A stretch of 27,538 bases of DNA from a virus (Duplodnaviria > Caudoviricetes), in the IMG/VR virus record IMGVR_UViG_3300033076_000606, positions 1 through 27,538 of that record; one strand, given 5' to 3'. A program made the translations under genes and the position numbers. The notes below the pieces were generated by a model, which was given only the letters and a program-made list of their open reading frames with translations, did no database searches and was not told the DNA's origin. Of this stretch, positions 23,442 to 27,538 are shown piece by piece (positions within the stretch are counted from its first letter, which is position 1; the number at the start of each line of letters is the position of its first letter).

Positions 23442-25538
23442 ATGTTAAAAAAGATTTTGCCGCGCAGCGGAGTTAATAAAGAGAATACCCGCTATACCAC
23501 TGAAGGCGGTTGGTATGACTGCGACAAAGTTAGATTTAGACAAGGGACTCCAGAAGTCATTGGGGGTTGGCAACCACTAAGTACAAATACATTTATCGGT
23601 GTGTGCAGATCCCTATGGATGTGGCTTACTCTGAGTGGTAACAGATACACTGGTGTTGGTACTAGCAAAAAGTTTTACCTTAACTCTGGTAGTAACTACT
23701 ATGACATTACACCTATTCGAAGCACAGCTGCACTCAGTGGAGCTTTCACGGCTTCTAATGGCTCATCAGTTATTACTGTAGCGCATACCTCTCATGGGGC
23801 TTCCAATGGAGACTATGTAACGTTCTATGGTGCTGCCAGTCTGGGTGGCAATGTGACTGCATCTATACTGAATGCCGAGTATGCCATAACTTATGTATCT
23901 GCCAACTCCTATACTATTACAGTGCCTGTTACGGCTAATGCGAGTGCTACGGGGCATGGCGGCGCATCCATCACAGCAGTTTACCAAATCAACACAGGCT
24001 TAGATGCAGCGGTTCCGCTGTATGGGTGGGGGTCATCAACCTGGGGTAGTGGTACTTGGGGTATCGGCACGCAGTCTACACAAGAACTTCGCTTGTGGAG
24101 CCAGACTAACTTTGGTCAAGACCTTATCTTTGCCCCCAGAGGCGGTGGCATTTACTATTGGAGTAGCACGCTCAACCCAGCGGGGGATACGTTCACTGTT
24201 ACGATTGCGTCACCAGCTGTATTTACTGGCCACGGCACATATACAAACGGAACTCCAGTCACATTCACTTCCACAGGTAGCTTGCCTACGGGGTTGTCTA
24301 TCGGAACTGTTTATTACATCAGAAACGTGTCTGGTGTAACTTTCAATGTATCAACTACTCCAACCGGGGCTTTAATCAACACATCTGGCGCCCAGTCAGG
24401 CACGCATACTATCTCACCTAGGGCGGTTAATTTAACGAGTATAGCAACTGCTTCTGATGTGCCAACAGTGCAGAACCTTATATTTGTCTCAGACACTTAC
24501 AGATTTGTGTTTGCATTTGGCAGCAATGACTACGCGCAGACTACACAAAACCCAATGCTGGCTAGATGGTCAGATCAGGAAGACGCTGGCATGTGGACTC
24601 CATCAGCCACGAATCAGTCTGGCAGTTTGGTCTTGTCTCATGGCTCCAAGGTTGTCACTGCTTTACAAGTACGGCAAGAGATTGTGGTGCTCACTGACTC
24701 TACTCTGTACTCCCTGCAGTATCTGGGGCCTCCTTACATTTGGGGATCACAGATCATGGGGGATAATTTGTCTGTTATGGGGCAAAACACCGTTGCGTTG
24801 GCGTCTGGTGTGATGTACTGGATGGGAGTGGATAAGTTTTACAGATATGACGGCACAGTGCAAACGCTTCGCTGTGACTTACGCCAGTATGTGTTCTCCA
24901 ACATTAACGTATTACAAGCTCCACAGATTTTTGCTGGCACTAACGAAGGATTCAATGAGGTCTGGTGGTTCTATTGCTCGTCTAGTTCCGATGTTATAGA
25001 CAGATATGTAGTGTATAACTATGGAGAGGATGTGTGGTATCACGGTTCTATGGGTCGCACTGCATGGCTGGACACAGGCCTATACCACTATCCAATTGCT
25101 TCTACGACAAGTAATACCATTGTTGAGCACGAGAACGGACTGAACGACAATACCACTGGCACTGCATCTGCTATCAATGCCTACATAACCTCGTCTGAAT
25201 TTGACATTGATGACGGACACAACTTTGGGTTTGTGTGGCGGGTTATCCCCGATTTGTCATTTCAAAATTCTACTGCTACAAGCCCGCAAGTCACACTGAC
25301 TTTACAGCCGTTATCTTCGTCAGGCTCTGGGTATAACAGCCCTAAATCTGTTGGTGGGGAATCAAGTGCTTCTGTTACAAGAACGGTATCGGTGCCTATT
25401 GAGCAGTACACAGGTCAAGTGAACATCAGAGTTAGAGGGCGGCAGTTGTCTATGAAGATTGAGTCAAATCAGCTGGATACGTGCTGGCAATTAGGCAGTA
25501 TGCGGTTGGATATTCGCCAAGATGGTAGAAGATCATAA
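23442..25538 (+). CDS. Tail nozzle/hub protein (P22 gp10-like) with inserted beta domains
   Basis: 698 aa beta-rich with propeller-like segments (RWSDQED, YWMG, EVWWFY) and C-terminal RVRGRQ...GRR; precedes needle and ejection-like genes. Confidence 0.7.
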   Translation: MLKKILPRSGVNKENTRYTTEGGWYDCDKVRFRQGTPEVIGGWQPLSTNTFIGVCRSLWMWLTLSGNRYTGVGTSKKFYLNSGSNYYDITPIRSTAALSGAFTASNGSSVITVAHTSHGASNGDYVTFYGAASLGGNVTASILNAEYAITYVSANSYTITVPVTANASATGHGGASITAVYQINTGLDAAVPLYGWGSSTWGSGTWGIGTQSTQELRLWSQTNFGQDLIFAPRGGGIYYWSSTLNPAGDTFTVTIASPAVFTGHGTYTNGTPVTFTSTGSLPTGLSIGTVYYIRNVSGVTFNVSTTPTGALINTSGAQSGTHTISPRAVNLTSIATASDVPTVQNLIFVSDTYRFVFAFGSNDYAQTTQNPMLARWSDQEDAGMWTPSATNQSGSLVLSHGSKVVTALQVRQEIVVLTDSTLYSLQYLGPPYIWGSQIMGDNLSVMGQNTVALASGVMYWMGVDKFYRYDGTVQTLRCDLRQYVFSNINVLQAPQIFAGTNEGFNEVWWFYCSSSSDVIDRYVVYNYGEDVWYHGSMGRTAWLDTGLYHYPIASTTSNTIVEHENGLNDNTTGTASAINAYITSSEFDIDDGHNFGFVWRVIPDLSFQNSTATSPQVTLTLQPLSSSGSGYNSPKSVGGESSASVTRTVSVPIEQYTGQVNIRVRGRQLSMKIESNQLDTCWQLGSMRLDIRQDGRRS

Positions 25539-26155
25539 TGGCACATTATCTCAAAACACCCCCTGCACCTAACCTAATCGTAGCCCCTAAGCAGTATGAT
25601 GCTGGCTATCAGGACAAGCTAAATAATGTAATGCGGCTGTACTTCAATCAGCTCTCATCTGTTGTGTCCTCTATCACCGGCGCTAATGGAATGAAGTACC
25701 TCCAGCTACCACATGGGGCTTGGTATGACACTACCACACAGACTGCAGCTGCGATCAATACAGCATATGCAGTGACGTTTAACAGCACGACAGTTGAGGA
25801 CGAAATAACAAAAGGCACTCCCACATCCCGATTCTATGTGCCTGTCACTGGGCAGTACAATTTTCAGTTCTCTCTTCAGCTATCTAAGGCATCAGGCGGT
25901 GCAGCATACGCATGGGTTTGGCCTCGGATAAATGGGGTAGACGTACCAGATTCGAATAGTAAAGTAGCCGTGCAGGGGACTACTGCTGAGTTAGTGGCTG
26001 CGTGGAATTTTATATTACTAATGACTGCAGGGGATTATTTTGAGCTTATGTGGGCTACTAATGATGGCATTCAACTCTTAGCTGAAGCTGCTACCGCGTT
26101 TGCCCCTGCTATTCCCTCTGCAATTCTGACAGCCACATTCGTTTCAGCTAGTTAG
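25538..26155 (+). CDS. Tail needle/knob-like protein (short coiled coil plus C1q/TNF-like head)
   Basis: Helical N-terminus, then FYVPVTGQYNFQFSLQ and MTAGDYFEL, typical of C1q-like jelly rolls; TAATG coupling. Confidence 0.6.
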   Translation: MAHYLKTPPAPNLIVAPKQYDAGYQDKLNNVMRLYFNQLSSVVSSITGANGMKYLQLPHGAWYDTTTQTAAAINTAYAVTFNSTTVEDEITKGTPTSRFYVPVTGQYNFQFSLQLSKASGGAAYAWVWPRINGVDVPDSNSKVAVQGTTAELVAAWNFILLMTAGDYFELMWATNDGIQLLAEAATAFAPAIPSAILTATFVSAS

Positions 26156-26158
26156 ACT

Positions 26159-26167
26159 TGATATAAT
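26159..26167 (+). promoter_or_regulatory. Extended -10 promoter TGaTATAAT, 6 nt before an ATG
   Basis: Perfect TGnTATAAT in the 18 nt intergenic gap; no SD. Confidence 0.65.
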
Positions 26168-26173
26168 TTACCT

Positions 26174-26620
26174 ATGAATACATTAGCGCAGTCAGGCAAC
26201 ATACCTTCTATATTAGCAGTTAGAGATTTGTTTCTAGCAGAGCATGACCAAGCTGTGCTTAACACTTTTATAGACACGAGCCATTACAAGATCCCAGGTG
26301 TGTATGTGCGATCTTTATTCATCCCTGCTGGTATGGCGCTAACAGGCAAGATCCATAATAAGCATAGCATAGGCATACTGGCCCAAGGCACCCTGCGTAT
26401 TACAAACGGTGAAACCTCGGTCATTGTATCTGCTCCCTACGTCACTGTTGATAATCCTGGGATTATGCGCCTTGGCTACGCTGAAACTGACTGCACCTTT
26501 ATTACCGTCAGCCGAACCGATGCTACTGAGATAGCTGATATTGAAGATGAACTCGTATCTGATGACTTTGATGAGTACGAGAAGAAAACCAAATTACTTA
26601 TTGAAAGGGGTATTTTATGA
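26174..26620 (+). CDS. Hypothetical protein with cupin-like pattern
   Basis: GVYVRSLFIPAG..LTGKIHNKH...LAQGTLRI resembles cupin motif 1. Confidence 0.7.
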   Translation: MNTLAQSGNIPSILAVRDLFLAEHDQAVLNTFIDTSHYKIPGVYVRSLFIPAGMALTGKIHNKHSIGILAQGTLRITNGETSVIVSAPYVTVDNPGIMRLGYAETDCTFITVSRTDATEIADIEDELVSDDFDEYEKKTKLLIERGIL

Positions 26621-27538
26621 GCTTTGTCGGATCATTAGCTGCAATTGGAACCGCTATATCTACTGCCGTTGCTAGTGCAGCTACTACTGCTGGAACCGCT
26701 ATTGGTGGGAGTCTTGGAGCGGGCCTCGTAGGGTCAGCTTCTACTATAGGTGCTGCTGCCGAGGGTATTGCTGGAGGTGCTGCGTTAGGCGCAGCTACAG
26801 GTGGTATTGGCGCCGCTGCCACAGGAGGTGATGTTGGAGAAGGCATTGGGATGGGGGCTCTTACGGGCGCGGTTACTGGAGGTGTTAGCGGTGCATTGGG
26901 AGCCGCAGGCGGTGCTGCAACTGCAGGGGAGCAAGTAGCTACAGAGGTAGCAGCGCAAGCTGGGACACAAGGGGCTGAGCAAGCTGCACAGCTGGCGGCA
27001 CAACAAGCAACTCAGCAGACAGCACAACAAGCAACCCAGCAGACAGCACAACAAGCTACTCAACAAGCTACTCAACAGGCTGTGCAGCAAGCAGGGCAAC
27101 AAGCAGCTCAGCAAGCTGGTATATCAGCATTAACACCTACGTCATTTGTATCTGATGCTGGGCAGCAAATAGCGAAAGAGGCTGCAGCAAAACCAGCACT
27201 TAGTGCTACGGAACAAGTGGCGAAATCTGCTACAAACGCTTATTTACCGTCTGTACCATCTGGGTATGACTCAGCTGTATCGGGGACTATTTCAGGGCCA
27301 CAAGTAATGCCGGTAGCTGATAGTGGTGTAAATGTAGCCCCCGGCAGTAATGAGGTTTCTGGACTGCAAGCACAGGCAGATATTCAGCAATCGCTCCCAT
27401 CAGCTAGTGAGTTCATAAGACAAGACACTGGCGTAAACAGCGCTATGGGAGACCTAGGCAAGGCGTATTCAGGCTTATCATCTCCACAAAAGCTAGCTCT
27501 AGGTGCTGCAGGTAGTGTAGGGCTGGAAAGTTTATTAA
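26617..27538 (+). CDS. Probable ejection/internal virion protein, truncated at the right edge (MSFVGSLAAIGTAISTAVASAA...)
   Basis: Not in ORF track because it has no stop; ATGA overlap; frame open for 307 codons; Gly/Ala glycine-zipper N-terminus, then Gln/Ala/Thr repeats. Confidence 0.75.
   Translation, partial: MSFVGSLAAIGTAISTAVASAATTAGTAIGGSLGAGLVGSASTIGAAAEGIAGGAALGAATGGIGAAATGGDVGEGIGMGALTGAVTGGVSGALGAAGGAATAGEQVATEVAAQAGTQGAEQAAQLAAQQATQQTAQQATQQTAQQATQQATQQAVQQAGQQAAQQAGISALTPTSFVSDAGQQIAKEAAAKPALSATEQVAKSATNAYLPSVPSGYDSAVSGTISGPQVMPVADSGVNVAPGSNEVSGLQAQADIQQSLPSASEFIRQDTGVNSAMGDLGKAYSGLSSPQKLALGAAGSVGLESLL
26998..27117 (+). repeat. Coding tandem repeat with 12/24 bp period (AQQATQQT...)
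   Basis: gcacaacaagcaacYcagcagaca x2, then caacaRgct-type units. Confidence 0.85.

Larger units (their letters stand above)
1..27538. mobile_element. Bacteriophage genome segment (podovirus-like morphogenesis module plus leftward early-type genes)
   Basis: Terminase-portal-scaffold-capsid-adaptor-fibre-lysis-nozzle gene order; no tape measure or sheath gene seen; no host genes or att site in the window, so virion versus prophage cannot be decided. Confidence 0.96.

Noticed and set aside
3017-27114. Numerous short antisense and alternate-frame ORFs inside virion genes (e.g. 3801-4166, 7648-8049, 16345-16752, 17467-17955, 26785-27114)
   Set aside because: Shadow ORFs expected from codon bias and low-complexity coding; only 21982-22182 has independent support (lipobox, SD, Rz context)

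Overview
The whole window is a tailed-phage (Caudoviricetes, podovirus-type) genome segment; no host genes, integrase, tRNA, CRISPR or IS are visible. Bases 1-1970 hold three short leftward genes with near-consensus sigma70 promoters, four copies of a 21-25 bp palindrome, and a roughly 800 bp noncoding origin-like region. From 2228 to the end is one rightward virion module: terminase small and large subunits, portal with a long coiled-coil tail, a GroES-like co-chaperonin, scaffold, decoration protein, major capsid protein, small basic proteins, two adaptor-like proteins, two fibre genes, a lysis cassette (two holin candidates, Rz with embedded Rz1, M15 peptidase endolysin), tail nozzle and needle-like genes, and a truncated ejection-type protein. 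The most interesting signals are: (1) a tightly coupled cassette of a nearly uncharged Ser/Thr/Asn repeat fibre, a glycosyltransferase and a methyltransferase, possibly a virion glycosylation system; (2) a kissing-loop RNA between the capsid terminator and the next ribosome-binding site; (3) the palindrome punctuating the leftward genes; (4) small basic proteins sharing DGxAQxGxT and xxKGG motifs. All protein family calls come from motif recognition and gene order by eye, not from database searches.
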